Under the pieces are notes generated by a model. That model did no database searches. It was given only the letters and a program-made list of their open reading frames with translations, and was not told the DNA's origin. From Leucoraja erinacea (taxonomy: Eukaryota), in assembly GCF_028641065.1 (NCBI RefSeq), contig NC_073384.1, positions 72,044,001 through 72,108,000 on the forward strand: DNA of 64,000 nt, written 5' to 3'. A program made the translations under genes and the position numbers. This document shows, one piece after another, positions 51,499 to 63,429 of the stretch; position 1 is the first letter of the stretch; each line of letters opens with the position of its first letter.

Positions 51499-52087
51499 TT
51501 AGCAATTCGTGATGGCAGAACAGTAACTAAACATCAAGGGATCCATTTTAATATGAGGAATATAACTAGTAAAATAGATTCACTCGAAGCATATATTATT
51601 ACGGAGTTCTATATTATTGCTATCACTAAGGCACGGATCAAGGATGGGCAAGATGGGCAATTTGATGAACTAGGATAAAGACATTTCAGGTGAAACTGAG
51701 GGGAGAGTAAAAGAATAGGAACCATTAAGGTCAAAGATTACATTAACCGTAGTCAAAGATTGCATTTAGGGTAGGTAAACAAAAATGCTGGAGAAACTCA
51801 GCAGGTGCAGCAGCATCTATGGAGCGAAGGAAATAGGCAACATTTCGGGCCAAAACCCTTCTTCAGACTGAACATTTAGGGTACCTTGGAAGAGTCCACA
51901 AATGAGACCATATGGATTGAGACTAGTAAAAGAAGGTGTCATCACTTTGCAGGTGATATATTATAGACCTCCCAACTGTCATCAGGAGATAGAGGAACGG
52001 ATAAGTGGGAAGTTATCTCGGAGCTACAGTAAAAATGGGGTGACCCTACTGAGGGATTCCAATTTCCCCAATAACTGGATTGCCTTA

Positions 52088-52571
52088 AGTACCTGTTCCA
52101 CTTGGGCGACTTAATTGCCGAGTTTGGAAGAGTTTGAAAAAATGACATGTTGAAGACCTCCTTCGACCATGTTGAAGACTAGCTTCGACTAACTTCGGGA
52201 AAATTGGACACTTTATAGTGGAGAGTGAAGACGACCTACTTCGATCTCCGTCGACCTCCCTTTGACTATGATGAAGACTATCTTCGACTACCCACGACTA
52301 ACATGCCAACCTACTATGACCTACTACGACTAAGCCTACGAGTAAAAAAAGTATTGATTTTTTCCATGGCGACCTTTTTTTACGGGCATTTTTTAACATA
52401 TTGAAAAAAACGGCACGATCTAGCCGAGGCCTCAAGTACGCGGAGACCACTCTCGAGCATGAAGGAGAATTACGAAGCCCTCCTACGACCATGTCGACCA
52501 TGCTGTGAGTTTGTGTCGAGGGCAAACTCGCCAGAACTCGTGGATTAGGTTGCCCAAGTGGGACAGCCCCT
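52088..52571. mobile_element. PIF/Harbinger-type MITE, TTA TSD (CTACGAC/CTTCGAC-rich)
   Basis: gccTTA|agtacctgttccacttgggc...gcccaagtgggacagcccct|TTAacg; empty-site paralog gccttaacgtt near 52876. Confidence 0.85.
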
Positions 52572-53561
52572 TTAACGTTTTGTTTATTATATATAATGTG
52601 TATATTATGCTGACAGGCCTGTTATTCTGCTGCAAGTAAACATTTCATTATTCCACTGTTGGTACCCATGACAATTTAAACTGTTGACTTTCTCGCGATT
52701 GGTGAGAATGTGGAAGGGCGGTTGTTTTGAATGTGCAAAGAGTTTTAGACTGACGAGAGATGAAATGAGGTGAAAATGGCAGATGACGTCTAATTCAGAC
52801 ACATATGAGGCGATGCACTAATAAAGATAGGCCCCAACCGGGGGAATTCAATTTCCCCAAATGCTAACTGGATCGCCTTAACGTTAAAGGCTTAGCAGGA
52901 AACAACTTTTTGAGGAGTATCCAGAGGAACATTTTGACATAGAAACAAGAAAATAGTGCAGGAGTAGGCATTAGGCCCTTCGAGCCTGCATGATTCAATA
53001 TGATCATGCTGATCATCCAACTCAGTATCCCGTACCTGCCTTCTCTCCATACCCCCTGATCCCCTTAGCCACAAGGGCCACATCTAACTCCCTCTTAAAT
53101 ATAGCCAATGAACTGGCCTCAACTACCCTCTGTGGCAGAGAGTTCCAGAGATTCACCACTCTCTGTGTGAAAAATATGTTGTTGACAAAATATGTTGTTG
53201 ACACAATATGTTGTTAGACCGCAAGAGGAAGCAGCATGACTTGACCTTGTCTTGGGGAATGTACCTGGTCAAGTGGAGGGAGAATCAATTGGGAAACATT
53301 TGGGTGACGGTGACCAGAAATTCCACTTATTTAAGGTGATTATGGAAAAAGATAGGAATAGGCCAGTAATTACAGTCTTGAATTGTGCAATGCCAATAAC
53401 ATTAACACAAGAAAGGTAGCAAATTGGGAGCACCCATGTGCAGATAAATCAACGTCAGCATAGTGGAAAGCATCCGGAGGAGAAATAACAAGAGCTCAAG
53501 GTCAACATCAAGTAAGGATAGAGAGCAGGGGAAACAATTTAGAGAACTCTGGATATTGAGG

Positions 53562-53930
53562 GTAGACACAAAAAGCTGGAGTAACTCAGGCAGCATCTCT
53601 GGATAGAAGGAATGGGTGACATTTCAGGTCGAGACCCTTCCTCAGACTGAGAGTCAGGGGAGAGGGAAACACGGAGATATGGAAGGGTAAGGTGTGAAAA
53701 CGAGACATCAAAGGGGATGGGGTTCAAGGTAAATGTAGAACAGATCATTGTTAGCTAGGGGAAGGTGACAACGAAGTATAGAGAGATAAAATTTAATCAG
53801 GAGGACAGTTAGACTGGTCAGAGAACTAGGATGAGGGATGGATGGAGAGAGAGGGAAAACAAGGGTTATTTGAAGTTAGAGAATTCAATATTGGTACCGC
53901 TGGGGTGTAAGCTGCCCAAGCAAAATATTG
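53562..53930 (-). mobile_element. Penelope-like element 3' end: GIY-YIG ORF C-terminus, 3' UTR and hammerhead motif
   Basis: 53928-53866 (-) translates IFCLGSLHPSGTNIEFSNFK*, resembling the Penelope GIY-YIG C-terminus; downstream cucucagu-CUGAGGA-a-gggucucgaccu-GAAAU-GUC. Confidence 0.8.
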
Positions 53931-54528
53931 AGGTTGGAAAAAGTGAAAAATGGAAGCTTATGGCAGGCAGAGAGAACTTATGGCAGGGAGACCTGTTGAA
54001 GGTATATGGAGTGCTTCAAAAGAAAATTAGGCAAGTCTAGAGCATTATGCAAAATCACTGGCAAACAGGATAAATCTGAAGTCCTTCTCTGAGTATACTA
54101 AGGGCAAAAAATGAATAACCGGAGAAAAAGTGGGGACCGTTAGGACACCAGGAACAATTGCTGAAGCTGTGGCTGAGGTCCTAATTGAATACTTTTTTTT
54201 TGATATTCACATAGGAATCGCACTTTACAGTTGGAAAATTCAGTGAACGGGTAAGTAAACGTCTCAGCAGGTCTCCATAAATAAAGAGATGGTACTTGAT
54301 GTCTTGGCAGGCTTAAAGGGTTGGAGACAATTTATCCTGGGCGGCTGCAGGAGTTAAAGGAAGAGATGACCAGGGTTGGCTGAGATTGTTACATCTTTGC
54401 TGGATACAAGTCACCCTTTTCAAGAAAGGCAACAGGGAAAAGCCTGGTCATTAGCAATATGTGATCTGGGTGTGCAGGTCCACAGTTCCTTGACAAAATG
54501 TGAAATTCCTCACTAAAAAAATGCTTTA

Positions 54529-54941
54529 AGGGCCTGTCCCACTTCCACGTGTTATTCACGAATTCTCCCGCGTTTTCCCCTTGATTTAAACTCGCAGAAT
54601 GTTCGTAATGAGTCCGTAGATGCCCGTAGATATATCGTAGATGCTCGTTATGCCAGCCGTAGGTTCTCGTGGCATCAGGCAAGTCGGGACGTTTTTTTCC
54701 AGCCCGAAAAAAAAATGTCACGAGTAAAAAAAATAGTCGGGATGAAAGAAATTGCAACTTTTTACTCGTAAAGAGGGCATCGAAACAGTCGTGGGAATTC
54801 GCAGACGTACTCGTAGGAGTTTGTGAACATCGTCGTGGAAGGTTGTAGGAGTTTGTAGATTACCACAATCTTGAAATTTTTTTTAGGTCCTTTAAACTCA
54901 GCAGAGGTTTTGAATTAAGTCTTGAAAGTGGGACAGGCACT
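54529..54941. mobile_element. PIF/Harbinger-type MITE, TTA TSD
   Basis: TTA|agggcctgtcccact...agtgggacaggcact|TTA; inverted copy of 18864-19249. Confidence 0.9.
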
Positions 54942-55689
54942 TTACCTTCACAAGGAAAAACAAATCAACAGAGTAACAATGCAACATAAATTCCCTTTGC
55001 ATTGTCCACCTAATTGACTCTTTGCTATCAAGCTTATGCTCAGTGTGCCATATTTACTGCAGTTGTCCTTCAAAACTGAATTATACTATTATTTATCCAA
55101 TAGACCTTGAAACCTGGCATGGCCCAAATATTAAACAACAGACATTTCAATGGGATAATGATTTGCATGTAAATTGTGATAATATGTAAATCACAATAAA
55201 ATTACTAAACAGAATTGAATTACAGATTTGTATATCATTAAAGAAAGCAATTTGGCTGATAATGTTATCTTGCATTTTTATGAGCAATTACCCAACCAGC
55301 AGCTGCATTCCCACCATCTCACTCTTGTTTACTTTGAAACAACTTCAAAATTATGAATGAAAGGAACATGTTTCCAAACCCATTCGGAGAAGTATGATAA
55401 ATTAACATACTAGAGATCTTCACAATGACAGAGTCTGTGCAATAACTAATCACGATGTCAGAGAGGAGCCCTTAACCCGCAGTGTCACTTAAAGATTGTG
55501 CATCAGAATAGATTGTGAATAATACCGTATGTATCCCCTGGATGGGGCATTTAGGGCACATTCAATGATCACAAGACGGCACATTCAAATCCTGATATAG
55601 ATACAAATTGCTGGAGTAACTCAGCGGGACAGGCAGCATCTCTGAAGAGAAGGAACTCGTGAAGTTTCGGACCTGAAACTTCACCCATA

Positions 55690-56152
55690 ACCTATGCTGC
55701 CAATTACAGCACGGAAACAACTCTCGGCATTTGCCGTCTATCTTTTTTCCCCTTAGTAAACCCTGCATCGTACCATAACCCTTCCTACCCACTCAAATCC
55801 TGCCTATCCAATTTATTTTTAAATGATACCAATGAACCTGCCTCCACCACTTCCACTGGAAGCTCATTCCACACCGCTACCACTCTCTGAGTAAAGAAGT
55901 TCCCCCTCATATTACCCCTAAACTTCTGTCCCTTAATTCTGAAGTCATGTCCTCTTGTTTGAATCTTCCCTATTCTCAAAGGGAAAAGCTTGTCCACATC
56001 CACTCTGTCTATCCCTCTCATCATTTTAAAGACCTCTATCAAGTCCCCCCTTAACCTTCTGCGCTCCAGAGAATAAAGACCTAACTTATTCAACCTATCT
56101 CTGTAACTTAGTTTTGAAACCCAGGCAACATTCTAGTAAATCTCCTCTGCAC
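55690..56152 (-). mobile_element. Young CR1 LINE 3' fragment
   Basis: ORF nearly identical to the one at 62144-62650. Confidence 0.85.
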
Positions 56153-57655
56153 TGTAGGCTAATTGGCTTCTGTAAATTGTCCCTAGTGTGTGGGATGCGA
56201 AAGAGGGGTAACATAGATCCATGTTAATAGAATGATCGATGGTCGCCGTATTAGACAGGAACTCACTCAGGTTGATTGGAGTGGGTTGTTTGCAGGCAAA
56301 GGAACGTAGGGAAATGGGATGTTTTTAAAAATGTGATGACTAGAATTCAGGACATGCATGTTCCTGTTGTACTGCCCCAGAGTGAAGGGCAAGGTAGGTC
56401 AGTGCGAGGAAAGTAGGATGATGAGGGAAATTGAAGCGGTGGTCAGGAAAAAGGAGGAATGCGATAGGTATAGGCAGCTGGGATCAAGTGTTTCCCTAGA
56501 AGAGTTTCAGGAACTGAGGAGCTTACTTACGAAGGACATCAAGAGGACGAAAAGGGGGCATGAGATAGCCTTGGCAACTAGAGGGTAACGGGGAGAATAG
56601 GGCCCCTCAGAAACCAAAGCGGTCGCCACCTCTGTGTGAAAATACAAGAGACAAACAACCAAAGTCCTCAACAGGTATTTCCCCGTTGTTTTTATAAGGC
56701 ACGAAGACTGGGGAACTTGGGACTGTCAATGGAAGTGTCTTCAGGGCAGTCAGTACAACTGATGAGGAGGTGCTGAACGTCCTCAGGTGTATAAAAGTAG
56801 ACAAATCTCCGGTGCCTGATCTATCCAAGGACACTGTGGGAAGCTAGAGACGAGACTGCAGGCACTCTGGCTGAGATATATGAAGCATCATTAAATATGG
56901 GTGAGGTGCCAGAAGACTGGTGGGTGGCTAATGTTGTGCATCCATTTAAGAAGGGCTGCAAGGAAAAGCTTGGTGAATAGACCAGTGAGCTTAACATCTG
57001 TAGTTAGTAAGTTACTGGAGAGTATTCTGAGGGATACCATACCATATATCTGCATTTAGATAGACAGGGGCTGATTAGGGAGAGTCAACGTGGGAGACTG
57101 CGTCTCACGAATCTCATTGGGTTTTTGAAGAAGAAACCAAAAAGGTTGATGAGGACAGAGCCGTAGACGTTGTCTATATGGCATCTGATGAGGTTCCGCG
57201 CAGTCAAGTTACGATGCACGGGTTCAAGGGAGAGCAAGCCAACTGGATGGAAAATTGGATTCACGGAAGGAAGCAGAGGATGATGGCGGAAGGTTGTTTA
57301 TCAGACTGGAGGCCTGTGACTAGTGTTGTGCCTCAATGATCAATGCTGGGCCAATTACTGCTTGTGATATATGTTAACGATTTGGATGGGAGTGTACAAG
57401 GCAGGATTGGTTAGTTTGTAGATGACACTAAAATGGGTGGTATTGTGTTAAGTGAAGATGGCTGTCAAGGGTTACGGCAGGATCTTGATCAGCTGGGCAA
57501 GTGGGCTGAGGAATGGTTAATAGATTTTGAAGCAAATAAATCCAAGGGGTTGCATCTTGGGAAGTCAAGTCAAGTGTTGGGCTGGATCTTCATAGTAAAT
57601 GGCAGGGCTGTGGGGAGTGTTGTGTAACAGAGGGATCTAGGAGCACAGGTGCATA

Positions 57656-59306
57656 CAGTGCCCTCCATAATGTTTGGGACAAAGACCCATCATTTATTTA
57701 TTTATTTGCCTCTCTACTCCACAATTTGAGATTTGTATTAAAAAATATCACATGTGGTTAAAGTGCATAATGTCAGATTTTATTAAAGGCCATTTTTATA
57801 CATTTTGGTTTCACCATGTAGAAATTACAGCTGTGTTTATACACAGATCCCCCCCCCATTTCAGGGCACCATAATGTTTGGGACACATGGCTTCACAGGT
57901 GTTTGTAATTGCTCAGGTGTGTTTAAATGCCTCCTTAATGCAGGTATAAGAGAACTCTCAGCACCTAGTCTTTCCTCCAGTCTTTCCATCACCTTTGAAA
58001 CTTTTATTGCTGTTTATCAACATAAGGTCCAAAGTTGTGCCAATGAAAGTCAAAGAAGCCATTATGAGACTGAGAAACAAGAATACAACTGTTAGAGACA
58101 TCAGCCAAACCTTAGGCTTACCAAAATCAACTGTTTGGAACATCATTAAGAGGAAAGAGAGCACTGGTGAGCTTACTAATCGCAAAGGGACTGGCAGGCC
58201 AAGGAAGATCTCCACAGCTGATGACAGAAGAATTCTCTCTATAATAAAGAAAAATCCCCAAACACCTGTCCGACAAATCAGAAACACTCTTCAGGAGTCA
58301 GGTGTGGATTTGTCAATGACCACTGTCCGCAGAAGACTTCATGAACAGAAATACAGAGGCTACACTGCAAGATGCAAATCACTGGTTAGCTGCAAAAATA
58401 GGTTGGCCAGGTTACAGTTTGCCACGAAGTGCTTAAAATATCAACCATAGTTCTGGAAAAAGGTCTTGTGGACAGATGAGACGAAGATTAACTTATATCA
58501 GAGTGGTGGGAAGAGCAAAGTATGGAGGAGAGGAGGAACTGCCCAAGATCCAAAGCATACCACCTCATCTGTGAAACACGGTGGTGGGGGTGTTATGGCC
58601 TGGGCAAGTATGGTTGCTGAAGGTACTGGCGCACTTATCTTCACTGCTGATGGTAGCAGCATAATGAATTCTGAAGTACATAGTATATAGACAAGTTCAG
58701 CTCAAGTTCAAATAAATGCCTCAAAACACATTGGCAGGCGGTTCATTCTACAGCAAGACAATGATCCCAAACATACTGTTAAAGCAACAAAGGAGTTTTT
58801 CAAAGCTAAAAAAATGGTCAATTCTTGAGTGGCCAAGTCAATCACCCGATCTGAACCCAATTGAGCATGCCTTTTATATACTGAAGAGAAAACTGAAGAG
58901 GACTAGCCCCCAAAACAAGCATAAGCTAAAGATGGCTGCAATACAGGCCTGGCAGAGCATCACCAGAGAAGACACCCAGCAACTGGTGATGTCCATGAAT
59001 CTCAGACTTCAAGCAGTCATTGCATACAAAGGATATGCAACAAAATAGTAAACATGACTACTTTCATTTACATGACATTGCTGTCCCCCAAACATTATGG
59101 TGCCCTGAAATGGGGGGACTATGTATAAACACTGCTGTAATTGCTACATGGTGAAACCAAAATGTATAAAAATGGCCTTTATTAAAATCTGACAATGTGC
59201 ACTTTAACCACATGTGATTTTTTTATATTACAAATCTCAAATTGTGGAGTACAGAGGCAAATAAATAAATGATGGGTCTTTGTCCCAAACATTATGGAGG
59301 GCAGTG
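57656..59306 (+). mobile_element. Full-length Tc1-family DNA transposon with long IR/DR-type TIRs
   Basis: TA|cagtgccctccataatgtttgggac...gtcccaaacattatggagggcagtg|TA; TIRs of about 230 bp with ccataatgtttgggac repeated at the outer and inner ends. Confidence 0.95.
58043..59048 (+). pseudogene. Tc1 transposase pseudogene
   Basis: HTH region with GRPRK, then WTDETK, QQDNDPKH and WPSQSPDLNPIE motifs; stop at 58448-58450 and frameshifts near 58680 and 58810. Confidence 0.92.
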
Positions 59307-60430
59307 TAAGTTCCTTGAAAGAGGCGTCACAGGTAGGTAGGGTGTTCATGAAGGCTTTTGGCACATTGGCCTTCATCAGTTGGGTTATTGAGTATAGAAG
59401 TTGGGGATGTTATGTCACAATTGTACAGGACGCTGATGAGGCCACATTTGGAGTATTGTGCAGGAAGCAAGTGCAAATGCTGGTTTAAACCAACGATAGA
59501 CACCAAAAGCTGGAGCAACTCAGCTGGACAGTCAGAGAAGCAATGGGTGGAGTTTTGGGTCGAGACCCCTCATCAGAATTCTTGGGAGTATTGTGATCAG
59601 TTTTGGTCACCCTGTTATAGGAAAGATGTTGCTAAACTGGATATGGTGCAGAGAAGATTTACGAGGATGTTGCCGGGTCTCAAGGGCCTGAGCTATCGGG
59701 AGAGGTTGTGTCGACAGCACCGAGATCGGGATTGAACCCAGGTCTCTCACACGATGAGGCAGCAGCTCTACCAACTGGGCCACCCCTCAAGTTTTAAACA
59801 TTAATTCAGGTTTCCCTTGCTTTTCAAACTTGCTAGCGTGTTTAGATCAGCGGCTTTACAAGGGAATGGAGATGTGATAGGCAAATCTGGAAGTAAATAC
59901 TGCAACCACACAACTCCCTTCATGTGTAAGGAAGCCTCTAAGCCACACTTAGAAACCCCTGTCCTGAAAACATCCTATCAAATATCCCTGGCCTCGAACT
60001 GCTCTTAATTTGAATAAAAAAACCCTAATGTACTTTGTGGTACGAACATGTCCAAAATTTGGATTTAATTCATCAATAGCTCAATTTGCACAATATGTAT
60101 CTGGTATGTAGAGCTTCCACGTGTCCAATGGACTGATATCCATATAAGACCATAAGACACAGGAGCAGAATCAGACCATTCAGCCCATCAAGTCCACTCC
60201 GCCATTCAATCATGGCCGATCAATATTTCCTTCTCAACCCTGTTCTCCTGCCTTCTCTCTGCAACCTTTGACACTATTACTAATCAATAATCCATCAATC
60301 TCTGCCTTAAAAAATACCCAAATGACTTGGCCTCTGTAGCCGTCTATGGCAATGAATTCCACAAATTCACCACCATCTGACTCAAAAGATTTCTCCTCTT
60401 TGGCATTGATTACCTCATCCAATTTATTGA

Positions 60431-60630
60431 AGGGCCTGTCCCACTTGGGCGTCATTTGCACGTCATTTACGCAATATCATTTACGCATCACGATGCACGA
60501 GTCGTAACGTGCACATGATGCGCACAACACACGCATGGTGCGTGGTGATGTAGGCAGGATTTTGAGATGTACAAAATCTTCGCGCGCCATCAGCATGACA
60601 CACAAATGACGCCCAAGTGGGGCAGGCCCT
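60431..60630. mobile_element. Small PIF/Harbinger-type MITE
   Basis: agggcctgtcccacttgggcgtcatttg...caaatgacgcccaagtggggcaggccct; flanks tga and taa. Confidence 0.85.
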
Positions 60631-61392
60631 TAACATACAACTTGAAAAGTAGCTTTCCCAACATCAACCCCTGCAGAACACCACTAGTCACCGGCAGCCA
60701 ACCAGAAAATATTCCCTTTATTGCCAGTCTTTGCTCATCAGTCAATCTTCTACCCATACTTGTACCTCATCTCTAACACTTATTTTGTTCAGCAGCTTCA
60801 CGTGTGGCACCTTATCAAATGCATTCCGAAAATTCAAAGTAAACAACATCCACTGACTTTCCTTTTAGTCTGTCCTGCTTGTTACCTCCTCAAAAAAACG
60901 GCAACAGCTTTGTCAGGCAAGAACTCCCCTTCACAAAACCATGCTGACATCACCCTATTTTATCATGTGCTTCCAATCTCCTGCTTTCTCCACTTACTTG
61001 TGATGCGCGAAGCACCTGCTGAAAACTCAACTGCCTTTCTTCCTAGAATGAGTGAAGTATCAGTTTCAGAGGCGAATACGCGGTAGACACGAGTCTTGCA
61101 AATGTGCCCTCTCAGAATAAGTAACCACTTCCCTTGCGGTAGGAAGATAGGTGGCAGTTCAATTCTTACACTTAATCTGTGAAGGCTCTGTGGGAGATTA
61201 AGGTGCCACGGCGAGATTACTTAAAGCTATCATTATTCACATTATCACTTTGCTGCTAACCATTTCCAGTTTACTAAGTGTTGGGTGAATTGTGACTGAT
61301 GAATTCTGTCACCAGGTAGCCATGCAAACCAATTGTTCTCTGGGCTTCAACTGTTAATTGCTAGGTGAGTGAAAGGCTACGTCTGGATGTTT

Positions 61393-61576
61393 AAGAAGGA
61401 ACTGCAGATGCTGGAAAATCGAAGGAAGACAAAAATGCTGGAGAAACTCAGCGGGTGCAGCAGCATCTATGGAGCGAAGGAAATAGGCAATGTTTCGTCC
61501 CGAAACGTTGCCTATTTCCTTCGTTCCATAGATGCTGCTGCACCCGCTGAGTTTCTCCAGCATTTCTGTCTACCCA
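61393..61576. mobile_element. Family-2 Penelope-derived palindrome (ribozyme centre deleted) with 17-bp TSD
   Basis: gctacgtctggatgttt (61376-61392) and gctacttctggatgttt (61577-61593). Confidence 0.8.
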
Positions 61577-62062
61577 GCTACTTCTGGATGTTTGTTTTAC
61601 CTTGGCGATCTGAGCTCCCTTCTGTCAGGAAGGAAAGAGGACGCCTATGAGTGAGAATAATGGCACATACTGAACAAATGGATGCTGGGCATTTATTGAT
61701 GGTAGAATACAATGCACTTCCATGAATATGAGACCAAATATTAGTAATGGCTGGAGAGACGGGGATGTGAGGAGCTGTTTAGATAGAGCGACAGATCTGG
61801 TTATCAGAATGTTAATTGGTGCATAGAACCGTTTGCTGGAGTAGGATCAAAATAGTACCTTCAAGGGGTTGGGCATTGGCAAATACGACATTTTCTTCCT
61901 CATTCCTAATGCACTGAGGTCATTAATTTACTTGAGGCAGTGAATTCAGAAGCAGCGACTCCTATTTCTGCCACTCATTACTCTGGCCCCCTCCAACAAG
62001 GCTTCTTCTTCCTCTCACTGGTGTTATTCTGTTGTGGAGGAAGGAACTTCATATGCAGGTTT

Positions 62063-62672
62063 AACCATATAACCATATAACAATTGCAGCACGGAAACAG
62101 GCCATCTCGGCCCTACAAGTCCGTGCCGAACAACTTTTTTCCCTTAGTCCCACCTGCCTGCACTCGTACCATAACCCTCCATTCCCTTCTCATCCATATG
62201 CCTATCCAATTTATTTTTAAATGATACCAACGAACCTGCCGCCACCACTTCCACTGGAAGCTCATTCCACACCGCTACCACTCTCTGAGTAAAGAAGTTC
62301 CCCCTCATGTTACCCCTAAACTTCTGTCCCTTAATTCTGAAGTCATGTCCTCTTGTTTGAATCTTCCCTATTCTCAAAGGGAAAAGCTTGTCCACATCAA
62401 CTCTGTCTATCCCTCTCATCATTTTAAAGACCTCTATCAAGTCCCCCCTTAACCTTCTGCGCTCCAGAGAATAAAGACCTAACTTATTCAACCTATCTCT
62501 GTAACTTAGTTGTTGAAACCCAGGCAACATTCTAGTAAATCTCCTCTGTACTCTCTCTATTTTGTTGACATCCTTCCTATAATTGGGCGACCAAAATTGT
62601 ACACCATACTCCAGATTTGGTCTCACCAATGCCTTGTACAATTTTAACATTACATCCCAGCTTCTATACTCA
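62063..62672 (-). mobile_element. Young CR1 LINE 3' end with intact ORF2 C-terminus
   Basis: 168-aa open frame LVRPNLEYGVQFWSP...FFTQRVVAVWNELP; (aaccatat)n tail. Confidence 0.9.
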
Positions 62673-62679
62673 TATAAAC

Positions 62680-62872
62680 CGAAGAAGGACGCAAAAAACT
62701 GGAGTAATTCAGCGGGCCAGAGCGTCTCTGGAGAAAAGGAATAGGTGACGTTTCGGGTTGAGACCCTGGTTCGGTCTGAAGAAGGGTCTCGACCCGAAAC
62801 ATCGCCTATTCCTTTTCTCCAGAGACGTTGTCTGACCTGCTGAGTTACTCCAGTTTTTTGTGACTATCTTCG
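62680..62872. mobile_element. Penelope-derived palindrome with hammerhead motif
   Basis: ggt-CUGAAGA-a-GGGUC-uc-GACCC-GAAAC-AUC-gcc at about 62773-62806, inside inverted arms. Confidence 0.75.
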
Positions 62873-63429
62873 GTATTATTATGATCCTGTATAAGACAAG
62901 TGAGCTCTAAATACATGAGAACCTTGCCTCATGGCTGGTGTTAATACTTCGCCAGAATTAAACAATTGTGCAAATGTATGCCACAATGAATATTGGAGCT
63001 CAAATTAATCTCACATGTCACCAGTGTACACACTCTAGCTAAATGGTCAGGAAATCCAGAAACAACAGATAAATGCAACAATTGGGTCATAGAAACATAG
63101 AATTATAGAAAATAGGTGCAGGAGGAGGCCATTCGGCCCTTCGAGCCAGCACCGCCATTCAGTGTGATCATGGCTGATCGTTATTGATTGAACCCATGTC
63201 TGCCTTCTCCCCATATCCCTTTACTCCACTAGCCCCTAGAGCTCTATCTAACTATCTCTTAAATCCATCCTATGATTTGGCCTCCACTGCCCTCTGTGGC
63301 AGGGAATTCCACAAATTCACAATTCTCTGGGTGAAAAAGTTTTTTCTCACCTCAGTCTTAAATGGCCTCCCCTTTATTCAAAGACTGTGCCCCCCTAGAG
63401 AAAGATTACAATTCAGCCCTATATCTCTG

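Larger units (their letters stand above)
56250..59710 (+). mobile_element. Decayed CR1 LINE ORF2 interrupted by a Tc1 transposon
   Basis: CR1 RT-region motifs (RPVSLTSV, DWRPVTSVVPQ, FVDDTKMGG, RPHLEYC) continue across 57656-59306. Confidence 0.85.

Noticed and set aside
52141-52340. CRISPR-like or regularly spaced repeat array
   Set aside because: Short degenerate motifs inside a MITE with no constant repeat-spacer period; eukaryotic context.
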